Part shown: piece after piece, positions 52,016 to 64,000 of the stretch
Layout of the letters: each line of letters starts with the position of its first letter
How positions within the stretch are numbered: position 1 is the first letter of the stretch
Source of the DNA: Macrostomum hystrix
Taxonomy: Eukaryota > Animalia > Platyhelminthes
DNA: 64,000 nt
Reading direction: 5' to 3'
Assembly (NCBI GenBank): GCA_950097015.1
Contig: CATNEN010000024.1
Span: 3,410,001 to 3,474,000, forward strand
Program-made: the position numbers and the translations under genes
Notes under the pieces: model-generated
Database searches by the model: none
What the model saw: the letters and a program-made list of their open reading frames with translations, nothing else
What the model was told of the DNA's origin: nothing

Positions 52016-53553
52016 TCTCAGCCTATGGGCATTCAAACTCAGCCAGCCCATCTTGTCACTGCGGTTTTTTTACCTAAGCTGCTAATTTTTACCATAGACA
52101 TGCATTTTAAGACCATGCTATCTCAGCTTGGGACGAGCAATCTCAGCCAACATATAAGTTCTATGATATTCTGTCTATAGTTTTGTTAACATTTTTTAAA
52201 CAGTCTATTTACAAGAGAAAAACAGGGTAACGCTCGTATGGGATGGGATATATAGAGCAAACTTTGAAAATGGCTACCAGAGACGATCAGTTAACAGGCT
52301 ATTTCAGTTTAGTTGAAAGGTACCTCCTGGATGCATTGTGGGAAGATCCGGTTGCAGGAATTTCCCACCTGGCTATCTTCATTGGCGTCACAACTTGCAG
52401 AGTCTCGGCCCACTCGCTCCAGCAGAAAAATGCGCCATTCCACGCAGGTGACTACATCAGGTCGTCCACCAGCTTCTTCCTCCACCAGTGCGGGATCAGC
52501 GAGCTGCAGCTTGATCGAAGCCTTCACTGCACTATGAGCCATCTCACACGGGTTGAGAAACGGCGAGTAAGCGGGCAGCAGCTGAGTTTCAAACTGATGG
52601 CGGTGCTGCTCCGGCACTGTCACACCGCGATGAAAGCTTGGACCATCGCAGACTATGACGACTCTGGCGTTGCCGATTTACGGGATGACTTGCTCCACGA
52701 GGTCATTGATGAATTGTTGAAACCTCTCCTTTGTCTGGCCTCCTCTGAATAACTCACTCTTCACCAACCCAAGTGCAGATGACACGGCCAGACAGATGGA
52801 AAGATTTGGACCCCTCTGTGTTGGGCAACGCCGTCTCACTGGCTGACCCCGTCGCGACCTTCGCTGTGATCTGCGCGTCCAGAGGTTGTACCCCGTCTCG
52901 TCTATATAGATTACCACCGTATCCAGTTGCAATCCCGCCATGAGTAGCGCATACTCGCGTCGCTTCTCTATCACCGCGGGAGAGTTCGCGCTCAATCGAA
53001 TGTCGCAGTTCTTAGTGGCAATCTTAAATGTATATATAGGGCTCCATCCAGAGCTCTGACTATTGTCTTAATGGAGACCGGTGGCTTGTCTGGAAGCTGA
53101 GCAGCGAGATTAGTCTGCAATGCTTTCAGTGTCGCCATCGGATTTTCATTTAAGAGGCCGATGAGCACTTGGCGCATCTCGTCGTCCAACTTGCAAGAGC
53201 CAATCTTCCGGCCTCCGCGCTGAAGAGCATCAATCCGACCTGTAGCTTTAAAAGTGGCAATGATGTTGCGAGCGGTTTTCAATTTGATGCCAAGAATTGT
53301 AGCGGCTAGACCAATATTCTGTCCTTCCGTCCACGCGGAGATCAAGCGTCTTCAATCAACGTTGCTGGTTGCCCTCATTTTGGCGGAACAGCTTCAAATG
53401 TTAACAAAACTATAGACAGAATAACATAGAACTTATATGTTGGCTGAGATTGCTCGTCCCAAGCTGAGATAGCATGGTCTTAAAATGCATGTCTATGGTA
53501 AAAATTAGCAGCTTCAGTAAAAAAACCGCAGTGACAAGATGGGCTGGCTGAGA
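52016..53553 (-). mobile_element. IS630/Tc1-superfamily element with ~157-bp TIRs and a degenerate transposase
   Basis: 52038-52194 is the inverted repeat of 53397-53552. HTH N-terminus, YIDETGYNLW, IVCDGPSFH, LPAYSPFLNPCE. Two in-frame stops and one frameshift; TA at the probable ends. Confidence 0.88.
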
Positions 53554-54206
53554 TAATTTCCTAATTATTTGCCTATTTTAATTCGTCCGATTAAAATAGA
53601 CAAGAGCAAATCAAGCAGGAAGTATTTGAGTACACTCTCAAGGGTTTTGAAGGACTCAGCGGGCACTCAGACTCAATGTGGCGGGAATTCACTGCTTTGG
53701 CTACTGCTAACGCAAGTTAAGGTGACAAAATTGAAGCAAAAAGTGGGAACCACTGATATTGACTGGGGAGTGTTGGGCAAAAAGTGGGAACCACTGATAT
53801 TGACTGGGGAGTGTTGGGCAAAAACGCGGCAAAGTCAGAGAGTGAGAAAGAAGACCAGCGCAAATAAGCGCGCTATTGGGTAGTCTGAGCATTGCTAAGC
53901 GCAGGTGTTGGTCCCTGTTGATCTGCACTCCGAGTCGGCACTAAATAAGTGGGGATTTATTGCCCATGCCGACAGTGGGTGCGAATTTTTAGGGAAATAA
54001 GTTTTCTCATTGTAGATTCGTTTGAGAGAAAGTGCAAAGGCGAATGTGAAAATTTAAATTTTTTATTAGACTGTCGGTGTGTCTCACGTACAAAATCCTC
54101 GATATCATTACCATTACGCTTGTTTTAACTTGCCAAAGCGATTAACAAAGAATCGAAAATCGACGAAATTAAGCTAGAGAAGAAGGAAGCATCGCTTTGT
54201 GCCAGA

Positions 54207-56900
54207 ATGGTGATGGACATCGGGTTATTCGGCACGCTGCGCAAACTGAAACTCACCAGTTCCAGCCTCCGGGTGGATGACGATTTTACCGATCGATTAA
54301 ATCACCACTACACTGGCATTTTATTGCTGCTGTTTACCTTCATCATATCTGCCAAGCAGTACGTCGGTAAGGAGGATGATGGCTCTCCGGAAAGATGGTG
54401 TCTCACCTGTGAGATGGTGTCTCACCTGTGAGATGGTGTCTCACCTGTGAGATGGTGTCTCACCTGTGAGATGGTGTCCCACCTGTGCGATGGTGTCTCA
54501 CCTGTGCGATGGTGTCTCACCTGTGAGATGGTGTCTCACCTGTGCGATGGTGTCTCACCTGTGAGATGGTGTCTCACCTGTGAGATGGTGTCTCACCTGT
54601 GAGATGGTGGGTAATGTAAAAAGGCTGCCCTAGTTTGGATGGAAAATATAATTATTGGCTTTAACACGAAGGCTTGACAACCTTTTTGTACATTACGATG
54701 CGTCTAAATATCTCTCATGTTCCAGGCCAGCCCCTGCAATGCTGGGTGCCAGCCACCTACACGAAAGCCATGGAGCAATACGCCGAGAACTACTGCTGGG
54801 TGCAGAACACTTACTATGTGGCGTTCGACAGCAGCGTGCCGAAGGAGCAGTCGGAGAGGAGAAACCGGAAAATAGGCTATTATCAATGGGTGCCATTTGT
54901 GCTAGCCTGCCAGGCACTATTATTCCACCTGCCCTGCATCCTGTGGCGACTGCTCAACTGGCAAACTGGCGTGAATTTTCGCGCCCTCAGCCAACTAGCC
55001 TGGGAGGCGCAGGGTCTGGCCCAAGCTGACGCTCGCGGCCGCGCCATTCGTGGCATGGCTAGTCACGTGCGTGATTCTGTAGGCCTGTGCAGCGCCGGAG
55101 CCCCAATAAGGTGTGAAAATGGCCATGAAATTTCATTGATTCCAAAGGCATTTGCATTTTTTAATCACTCAGTTCTCGTTTTAATCTTGAAATATTGAAA
55201 TATCAGTATCATACCTGTAAGATTGTAGCTCAACTGCGAGATTATAGCTCATGTGTGAGATGGTAGCTCACCTGTGAGATGGTAGCTCACCTGTGAGATG
55301 GTAGCTCACCTGTGAGATGGTAGCTCACCTGTGAGATGGTAGCTCACCTGTGAGATGGTAGCTCACCTGTGAGATGGTAGCTCACCTGTGAGATGGTAGC
55401 TCACCTGTGAGATGGTAGCTCACCTGTGATATGGTAGCTCAGCGGTAAGATGTTGTCTCACCTGTGAGATGGTAGCTCACCGGTAAGATGTTGTCTCACC
55501 TGTGAGATAATAGCTCACCTAGTAGATGGTAGCTCACCTGTGAGGTGGTAGCTCACCTGTCAGATGGTAGCTCACATATGATATGGTAGCTCACCTATGA
55601 GATGGTAGCTCACCTATGATATTGTAGCTCACCTGTGTGATGGTATCTCACCTGTGTGATGGTAGCTCACCTGTGTGATGGTAGCTCACCTGTGTGATGG
55701 TAGCTCACCTGTGTGATGGTAGCTCACCTGTGTGATGGTAGCTCACCTGTGTGATGGTAGCTCACCTGTGTGATGGTAGCTCACCTGTGTGATGGTAGCT
55801 CACCTGTGTGATGGTAGCTCACCTGTGTGATGGTATCTCACCTGTGTGATGGTAGCTCACCTGTGTGATGGTAGCTCACCTGTGTGATGGTAGCTCACCT
55901 GTGTGATGGTAGCTCACCTATGAGATGGTAGCTCACCTGTGTGATGGTAGCTCACCTATGAGATGGTAGCTCACCTATGAGATGGTAGCTCACCTGTGTG
56001 ATGGTAGCTCACCTGTGTGATGGTAGCTCACCTATGAGATGGTAGCTCACCTATGAGATGGTAGCTCACCTGTGAGATGATAGCTCGCCTTCAAGATGAT
56101 TAGTTATTCTCAGAATCATAGGTGTGATCATATATTTTATGATCAGTTCTCAAATATGCTCTATTTTAATCCGTTCTGTGTACAGATCCGGCTGCTTCAG
56201 AAGGATCCGGTTCTGTCTAAGCCAGACCCTGTGCTTTCCTTGTTCCAATAATCACGGCCGGTACCTCACCTACTTGTACTTGATCATCAAGCTACTTTAC
56301 CTGGCCAACTGTGTGTGCCAGTTTTTTCTACTCAACGCTTTCCTCGGCATGAGGCCTGGGGAATTGTTTGGCCTAGAACTGCTGGCCAGCATGATGTCCG
56401 GCCGAAGTTGGGAGGAGTCTGGCCGGTTTCCCAGGGTTACGCTGTGCGACTTCTGGGTGCGCACCATTGCTGACAACCACCGACACTCTGTGCAGTGTGT
56501 GTTGGTGATCAACATCTTCAACGAGAAGATTTTCGCCTTCCTCTGGTTCTGGTTCGTGCTAGTCGCCAGCCTGTCCGCCCTGTCGCTGATTTCCTGGTCA
56601 ATTCGCCAGCTGGCACCTGTCAGTCGATACAGATTTGTCGCCGACTTCATTCGCCTCGCTGATAACGTTGGCGGCGGTGGCGGCGGTGGCGGCGGTCCTC
56701 GACGCGGTGAAGCTCGGCTTGTTCGCCAGTTCGTCGATGACGTTCTCCGCTGCGACGGAGTCTTCGTGCTGCGCATGGTGGCAGCCAACGCTGGCGATGT
56801 CATTACAGCAAGTGTGGTCAAAGAGCTCTGGACTGCGTTCAAGAAGTGGCACTGTAACCATGTATTTGATCCAATTGCTAATTCCTCCGATATAGTCTGA
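54207..56900 (+). CDS. Innexin, 3 exons (54207-54366, 54726-55110, 56186-56900)
   Basis: DDDFTDRLNHHYT, KQYVGQPLQCW, YAENYCWVQNTY, YYQWVPFVL, FPRVTLCDF, QCVLVINIFNEKIFAFLWFW; introns phase-compatible. Confidence 0.96.
54393..54608. repeat. 19-bp minisatellite, innexin intron 1
   Basis: Repeated gagatggtgtctcacctgt. Confidence 0.93.
55250..56085. repeat. 19-bp minisatellite, innexin intron 2
   Basis: Repeated gagatggtagctcacctgt / gtgatggtagctcacctgt. Confidence 0.95.
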
Positions 56901-59405
56901 GCATTAGATCGGCTGATCCATTTTATCAATAAAATTTTAGAAAAAAGCTAATAAATTTATAAAAAGTTACTTATAGTCACCAACATGCATCATATTAAAT
57001 CATCCAGTATCATGTCTGTCACTACTTTTAAAGGCTAAACTTTACGCGGATCAGTCTAACTGTTTTTTTGTAAAATAGAACTGTGTGGCAAACTGTGTGG
57101 GCCACTTCGCACAAACGCAATCGCACAAAAGAAAGCGAAAATTCGATTTGAAAATAGATCTCGATTTATGAAAGTTATTCCTGCTAAAAAATCAACACAT
57201 CTGCACTATAGATTGTATTTAATTTAGAAAAAGTTACGGGTGCAAATTGAAATCAGAAAGCTGCGTATTATTAAGATTTTTATGTATTATTAAGATTATA
57301 TAGAGTTTTTAATAAGTTACATTTACTAGGAGGGGAAATTTCGGCGCAAAACAGGTAATAGCTGGCAATCTATGTTAAATACTAAATTAGTTTCTGTAGC
57401 AAAGAAATTTTTAAATTGACTTTTCTAATTCTTTGCAATTATCGAAAACTTGCTTTTTGTTTGTCTGTGTAGTATTGTACAGCCTTCATACTCATATATT
57501 CATAATTATGATGGCATCTTCATAAAAACTTCTGTATATAAAAATGAAAATCCAATCCTTGGTGACTAACAGGTTTCCCATCCAATCCTTGGTGACTAAC
57601 AGGTTTCCCATCCAATAGTATAAATAAAACTTTGCGTTGTCGCGATAGTGAGATTCGTTATCACAACTTTTTTTTAAATAAACGAAAATTGTTGAGGTAA
57701 CTGATAAGAACAAAAAATACCAATCACTTTTCATTATTGCTCTAAAAAGCATGACCAAGCTGCAATAAACGAATCATTAAAAAAAACTCAACCCAGCAAT
57801 ATGTGCTGATCTCTTGTATAGAACTTTTCGGTTTTCAAGAATATTTTACTTCTTGTAAAAAAGCTATTAATTATGAAGCCAGGCTGCCTCTGATTCAGAT
57901 TAGGCACAACCACACCACAAAACCACACCGCGTGTCTGTACATTTTTTCAAGAAGACCGATATTCGGGGAACAGTTTCATTATTCTGTTATAATCCTGCC
58001 ATATGGCTTCTAATAGTAAACATCAACTTGGTAGAAATATATCAACAATGGTTTAAGGATCTTTTGAGTCTTTTCGACTTGTGTTTTAGCTGTAATTACA
58101 TCCTTATGCTAATCTGCAACTGAATAGACTTCGATACTCTTGATTTATAAAGAAAATATTGGGCCGAAATTATTTATTAGAATTCTAACATGTCAATAGA
58201 ATTTATCAAGTCATTGTCTATAATCCAGGTAAGCTGAAATTACGTTTTTGTTGTAATTGATTAGCCCATGAAGACATGAAGTATTGATTACTTATCATTC
58301 CTCTTTTCATGGTTATATATTTTATTATTTAGATTTATAAACTTACCTAATAAACCTAAATTTATTGGATCTGTAGTGTACATACAATATTTAGAGCATT
58401 ACACTAGGCCTAGTCACTTTGTAAACTGCTGTTTTGTTGAATGGTTGTCCAGAGGCTAGAAATCTGTGGTTGATGAAGTGACCAAGCTTTTTTTGGCTGT
58501 TTCATCAATTTAAACCTGGTCACTTTGTCAATTGACAATCAAAAAGCTTTGTTTCAGCAATAGCCACATGTGTGCATTTATATAGATCTAATGAGTAATG
58601 TACATAGCATTTACATAGCCAAATATTTTTAATTAGGCCTAGTGCATGTATACTTGGTAAGTGTAGATTAAAATATCTATTGTCCTATTTTTGCAGAATT
58701 TCAATAATTTTAAATGAATTTTAACATTTTTATTTGTCTTAATGTTTTTTGTGTACTTCACACACATATTTTCAATGAATTTTATTGTAAATTGATTTAT
58801 TTATTAAACCACAGAATTATATATTTCTTTGCAAGAATTCTTTTTTGGTAATAATCACAATCAAGATAATAATCAAATCAAGATCAAAATAAAAAAGCCA
58901 AAACAAACTCTAGAATTGTTCACTTACAATACCACTATAATATGTTTCACATACCATTTCACACAGAACCACACTACACAATATATATAATCTTTCCATG
59001 CCAATTAATTCCCAAAATGAATGCCCTTGTTTTGCCAAAATGTTGGTCAAGAAAAAGTTTGTTTTAGAAAGCTTTATCTGAAGGAGAAGCCTACAAAATC
59101 CAGAGTAGCTATATATATATATTTCTTTGTTAGATAATAATTTTTTAGTTATTAGAATTATTCCAATCTTTAAAGACTAGTCTTTGCTAGTATTCCTGTA
59201 GCCATGTAAATTTTTAAGTATATTGTTTTAAATCTATTTTCAAGTCTCATAATGTTAGCTAGAAGACCAAGAAAATAAATGAAATTATATTCTTTAGCTT
59301 GAGAGCATGATTATTTTATTTGTTGCTTACATTTTTGGCTAGAAATAAGATGGACGCGATGGACAAAATATTCAAATATTCCTGCTCAAATATGCTCTGT
59401 TTTAG

Positions 59406-61854
59406 ATTGCTGGAATTAGTGGCCCCACATATGAGGAGTTCTTCAAAGAGGTAAGTGTAATGAAGGCCAAATAGTTTTTCTATGCCTATTGATTTTAGGA
59501 CTTAAACTTTTTAGCTTAAATTCACACTGCCACGCAGCTCAGCACGGATGGCAGTGGCTACATCTCGGCTCAGGCTGCAGCCGCATTTCTAAAACGCTCC
59601 GGCCTGTCCGACTCGCTGCTGTCGAAGATCTGGGAGGTGGCCGACTTTGAGAAGCGCGGCTTACTCGATAAGCAAGGCTTCTTCATTGCATTGAAGCTGA
59701 TCGCCTTAGTCCAGGCTGGCAAGGAGCCGCTGGTTGGCAACCTCACAGTGCCAGTGTCGCCACCGGCCATCAAGCCGGCCACTCCGCAGCCAGCACCGGC
59801 TGTTTCAGCGGTCGATCATGCCGCCTCTCCTGAAGCCGGCATTGTTTCAGCATCGCCGGCCAAGTTAGCGCCGTCTACAGCTGCGGCTTCTGCATCATCG
59901 TCAGTGTCCGCTGGCGGTTCAGTCGGCATCAACGATCAGCTGATTCAACAGGCCGATGCCGCCTTTCTGAACCTCGGTCCGGAGGCCGGCGATCGATTGC
60001 CCGGCGCCAAGGTGAAGCCCTACCTGCTGCAGTCTGGCCTGCCCACCGCCACCCTAGTGTCAATCTGGGACGCCAGCGACGAGGATCGGGACGGCTGCCT
60101 GACTCGCCAGGAATTTCGCAAAGCTTTCGCCTTGGTGCGGCAGGCTCTCGGGCGAGCGTTGGCGGCTAGAACGGCCGTCCATGTCATGGCCGAGGTGAGC
60201 TGGCTCTGTGACTGTTTCTTCACCGATTGTGGTCTCAATCTGGTGGCAGCTGATTCCTAGCCTAGTGGATAGAGCGTCGGATTTACGATCTGAGGGTCGG
60301 GGGTTCGATTCCCGACTCTACAGGATCAATTCTGTACATCTGGCCTAATTAGATCGTAACCAATCCTCTAGGCCATAGACTACGCCTACAGTCTATGCCC
60401 AGGCACACCCCAGTTTGATTTGTGTTTATGAGCAAATGCAATAGGCAGAATCGCCAGTGCTGACACAGAGCTCCTACAAATATAAGAAGATAATGATATT
60501 ATTCCGACAGGTTGACACGGACAACGATGGCATTGTCTCTGGCCAAGATGTTCGCCAGCTGTTCCTACAGACGGGCCTCGAGCCTGCAGTCCTGGCCCGC
60601 ATCTGGGACCAGGCGGACACTGGCCGCACGGGAAGGCTAACAGCCGAGCAGTTCGCCTTCGCCTGGCGCATGGTCCAGGCCGAGATGGCATCCGCCGATT
60701 CAGCCGGATTAGCGACTGTGGCGGCTGCGTCAGTCGCGGCTTCGGTTATGCCGTCGGTGCCGCAGCTGTCAGATGGCATTCTGGCAGAGGCCAGCCGGGT
60801 CCAACAGCGACGCCAACAGGCCGAGGCCGCCTGCGCCCAGCTTGAAGCCGACCTGCGCGCTCGGCGGGCCGAGCTGCAGCTGCAGCAGCGGGAGGCGGAG
60901 CACCTGGCCTCGGCCTGCGTGCAGCTGGAGCAGCAGAAGCGCGAAGCTCAACGCCGTGTCGAAGAGGTTGAAGAGCGGGAGCGGAAACTGGCCGGCAGCG
61001 TGGACGAATGCGAGCAGCGCCGCGCCGAGGAGGCCGCCCAATTGGAGGGCCTGAAGGCGCGCCTAGCCCAGGACCAGGCCGGGGTCCGCGGCGCCGCCCA
61101 GGAGACCGAGCGACTGCGCCGCGAGCTGACCTCCCTGACCCAGGAGGAGGCCCGGCTTGCCGACTCGGCCCAGGGTGCCAGGAGCCGACTGGCGGGTCTG
61201 GAGCGCGAGCTGGAGGCCGAGAACCACCGCCTGGAGCAGGAGGCGTCCGCGCTGGCGGCTCTGCAGGAGCAGCTGGCTGCGCTAGAAGCTGGCCGTCTGG
61301 CGCCAGACGATGTTGACACCTCAGCTAGTGCCGCCATTCCGGCTGTTGCTAATAACGCGAAAGATCTGTTCTCGGTTGGCGCCGATGATCCCTTCAGCGG
61401 CGGCGACGATCCATTCCAGGAATCGTCTGTAGGCGGCGGTGGCGCCGTTGGTAGCGTCGATTTTTTCTCCGACGATCCGTTCGCTGTCAAGCAACAGCAG
61501 CAGCCGGTGGCCTCATCCGGCCAGAGCGGTCCGTTTCGCTTCGACGCGGCTTTCGGCGGCCCGGCCGACTTTGCTGACGCATTCGGCGGCGGCGCAGCAG
61601 CGGCGGCTCCCCCGCCCTACAGTAGCGCCGATCCGTTCGGCGGCAGCGGCGGTGGCGGCTGGGGCTTCTCCGGAAGCAGCGATTTCGGCGATCCGTTTGC
61701 ACCGAAGGCGGCCCCGCCATTGCTAAACGAGCAGGAGCAGGTGGCCTGGGCAACGGCTGAGAGCGAGCGGGTGGCCAAGCATCAGATGAGCCTGCGGCAG
61801 CGCGAGGAAGAGGAAGTTCAGCGCGCTCTGCGGCTCAGCTTGCACGAGCAATGA
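59406..61854 (+). CDS. EPS15: Eps15/Eps15L1-like endocytic adaptor; exons 59406-59450, 59538-60194, ~60460/60511-61854; start codon uncertain
   Basis: Three EH domains (LSKIWEVAD, LVSIWDASD, LARIWDQAD), coiled coil, several DPF motifs, and C-terminal UIMs (EQVAWATAESER, EEEEVQRALRLSL). Confidence 0.92.
60258..60320 (+). mobile_element. Isolated tRNA-Arg-like head of SINE family A in an Eps15 intron
   Basis: gcctagtggatagagcgtcggat...ggttcgattccc has A and B boxes and matches the family A head; no complete acceptor stem. Confidence 0.65.
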
Positions 61855-61939
61855 GACCCGAGTGATTCCTGAGTAGTTCAATTCAATTGTTTTCTAATCC
61901 TGTTGTATTCATGATCTTGTTCACCATCATTTCCACAAG

Positions 61940-63005
61940 AGATGAGACACTGGAGAAATGAGACACGGGAGAGATGAGACACTGGAGAGATGAGACACAG
62001 GTTAAGATAAGACAGTGGAGAGATGAGACACGGGAGAGATGAGACACAGGTTAAGATAAGACAGTGGAGAGATGAGACAGGGGAGAGATGAGACACGGGA
62101 GAGATGAGACACGGGAGAGATGAGACACGGGAGAGATGAGACACGGGAGAGATGAGACACGGGAGAGATGAGACACAGGTTAAGATAAGACAGTGGAGAG
62201 ATGAGACACGGGAGAGATGAGACAGTGGAGAGATGAGACAGTGGAGAGATGAGACACGGGAGAGATGAGACACGGGAGAAATGAGACACGGGAGAGATGA
62301 GACACTGGAGAGATGAGACACAGGTTAAGATAAGACAGTGGAGAGATGAGACACGGGAGAGATGAGACAGTGGAGAGATGAGACACGGGAGAGATGAGAC
62401 ACGGGAGAAATGAGACACGGGAGAGATGAGACACTGGAGAGATGAGACACAGGTTAAGATAAGACAGTGGAGAGATGAGACACGGGAGAGATGAGACACG
62501 GGAGAGATGAGACACAGGTTAAGATAAGACAGTGGAGAGATGAGACACGGGAGAGATGAGACAGTGGAGAGATGAGACACGGGAGAGATGAGACACGGGA
62601 GAAATGAGACACGGGAGAGATGAGACACTGGAGAGATGAGACACAGGTTAAGATAAGACAGTGGAGAGATGAGACACGGGAGAGATGAGACACGGGAGAG
62701 ATGAGACACGGGAGAGATGAGACACGGGAGAGATGAGACACGGGAGAGATGAGACAGGGGAGAGATGAGACAGGGGAGAGATGAGACACGGGAGAGATGA
62801 GACAGGGGAGAGATGAGACACGGGAGAGATGAGACAGTGGAGAGATGAGACACGGGAGAGATGAGACACGGGAGAGATGAGACACGGGAGAGATGAGACA
62901 GTGGAGAGATGAGACAGTGGAGAGATGAGACACGGGAGAGATGAGACACGGGAGAGATGAGACACGGGAGAGATGAGACTCGGGAGAGATGAGACTCGGG
63001 AGAGC
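61940..63005. repeat. GA-rich satellite (gagagatgagacacgg, 16-bp core with higher-order variants)
   Basis: Same core as the array inside the hAT element at 29282-29988. Confidence 0.93.
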
Positions 63006-63595
63006 ATTTAGAGCCAGGGTCTTGACTTCGGAGCTTTTGAAGTTTGCATGTCGGGGGTGGCCGATCTCTGTTACGGATAACTAAAATAAGTCGAATAAGT
63101 ATTCAGTTGCACTGAAACTCACGCGCAAAAAAAGCTTAAAGCAATCGCAATTTATTTTTTCCCTGAGAACTGTGGACTGATAATTTCATAGTTAAAATGT
63201 CGATAATTTCTCTCTGATAGCAATGATTACTTTATAATCGAATTTGTTGTTTACAGCCTACTGCTTCGGTATCAGTAGCATAAGTAATTATATGCGGATT
63301 TGTCTGTGTTTTTGCCTGTGCTGCTGATAAGTTGATTTTTTTGACAGTATAAACGCGTAAATATTTTGTAACGATTCACCTTCATTTGCACCAATAATTA
63401 GTTTTTTCAATTTTGCACCATTTAATTTTTCATTCAGAAAATTTATATGTTCTCATTGTCCCTATGCCTAAATATAAAGTAGTTTCTAATTGGTTATCCT
63501 GAAATAAATTATGAAATCATTACTATGAGAGAAAAATAAAACGTTTTAGTTTTTTGCATTATCTCTTAAGGATTATGAACTTCTTCTGGGATCAG

Positions 63596-63790
63596 GCAGC
63601 TGTTAAATGGGTACCAGCATCAGTTGGGGTAATTGATGGTTGGTATTGTGTCCGACCAGTTCATGGACTGAACAGCCGTAGGCAGTCTTCAGTTGCTACT
63701 CGTTATATGCAACGGCTGTGCCGTTGGCTGCACGTCTGGCCTAAATGGGGCAGGTGTAAACAATCAGTATTATCATTAGTTCACCCAGTC
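63596..63790 (+). mobile_element. SINE family A, 3' part
   Basis: cagctgttaaatgggtaccagcat...catggactgaacagccgta.gcagtcttcag matches 16870-16965. Confidence 0.75.
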
Positions 63791-63804
63791 GCAAGGTGAC
63801 ACGC

Positions 63805-64000
63805 CTGTCAATAAAGACAGGTTATCTGATATAAAAATCAATCTACACAGGTTATCTGATACACCTGTCAATCTGGACAGGCAATCTGATAGTCCTGACA
63901 ATCTAGACAGGCAATCTGATACACCTGTCAATCTGGACAGGCAATCTGATACACCTGTCAATCTAGACGGGCAATCTGACACCTGTCAATCTAGACGGGC
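63805..64000. repeat. ~30-bp minisatellite running off the window end
   Basis: Repeated atctgatacacctgtcaatctggacaggca. Confidence 0.85.

Noticed and set aside
60258-60320. Possible tRNA gene (also the heads at 7902, 16755, 17549)
   Set aside because: A and B boxes are present, but there is no complete acceptor stem and the same heads continue into SINE bodies elsewhere.
61878-63007. SHLSRVSSL-repeat ORFs (also 29248-30054, 24670-25457, 33503-34197)
   Set aside because: Translations of satellite DNA.

Overview
Eukaryotic (animal) genomic DNA: GT-AG introns, tRNA-derived SINEs, many minisatellites and an innexin gene. This fits an invertebrate, plausibly a free-living flatworm such as Macrostomum (inference only). 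Host genes reconstructed by exon-phase matching: an RNF11-like RING protein (partial), a DUF4419-like protein, a P/Q/G-rich repeat protein, a 4-EF-hand calmodulin-like gene whose 12-kb intron holds antisense USP and Na+/H+ exchanger genes, a TRIM/RBCC protein, a bacterial-type PLP aminotransferase, an orphan single-TM protein, an innexin and Eps15. The standout is an 8.2-kb EnSpm/CACTA (CMC) DNA transposon (35947-44160; 35-bp TIRs, 2-bp AA TSD) in the aminotransferase intron. Besides its transposase and a BEN-domain gene, it carries a ~198-aa ORF whose C-terminus aligns without gaps to the CtIP/Sae2 C-terminal domain (CxxC...RHR) and whose N-terminus has two acidic S-D-T motifs. It is a candidate transposon-borne mimic or recruiter of the MRN end-resection machinery. 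All protein similarities come from manual comparison with remembered family motifs; no database search was run.
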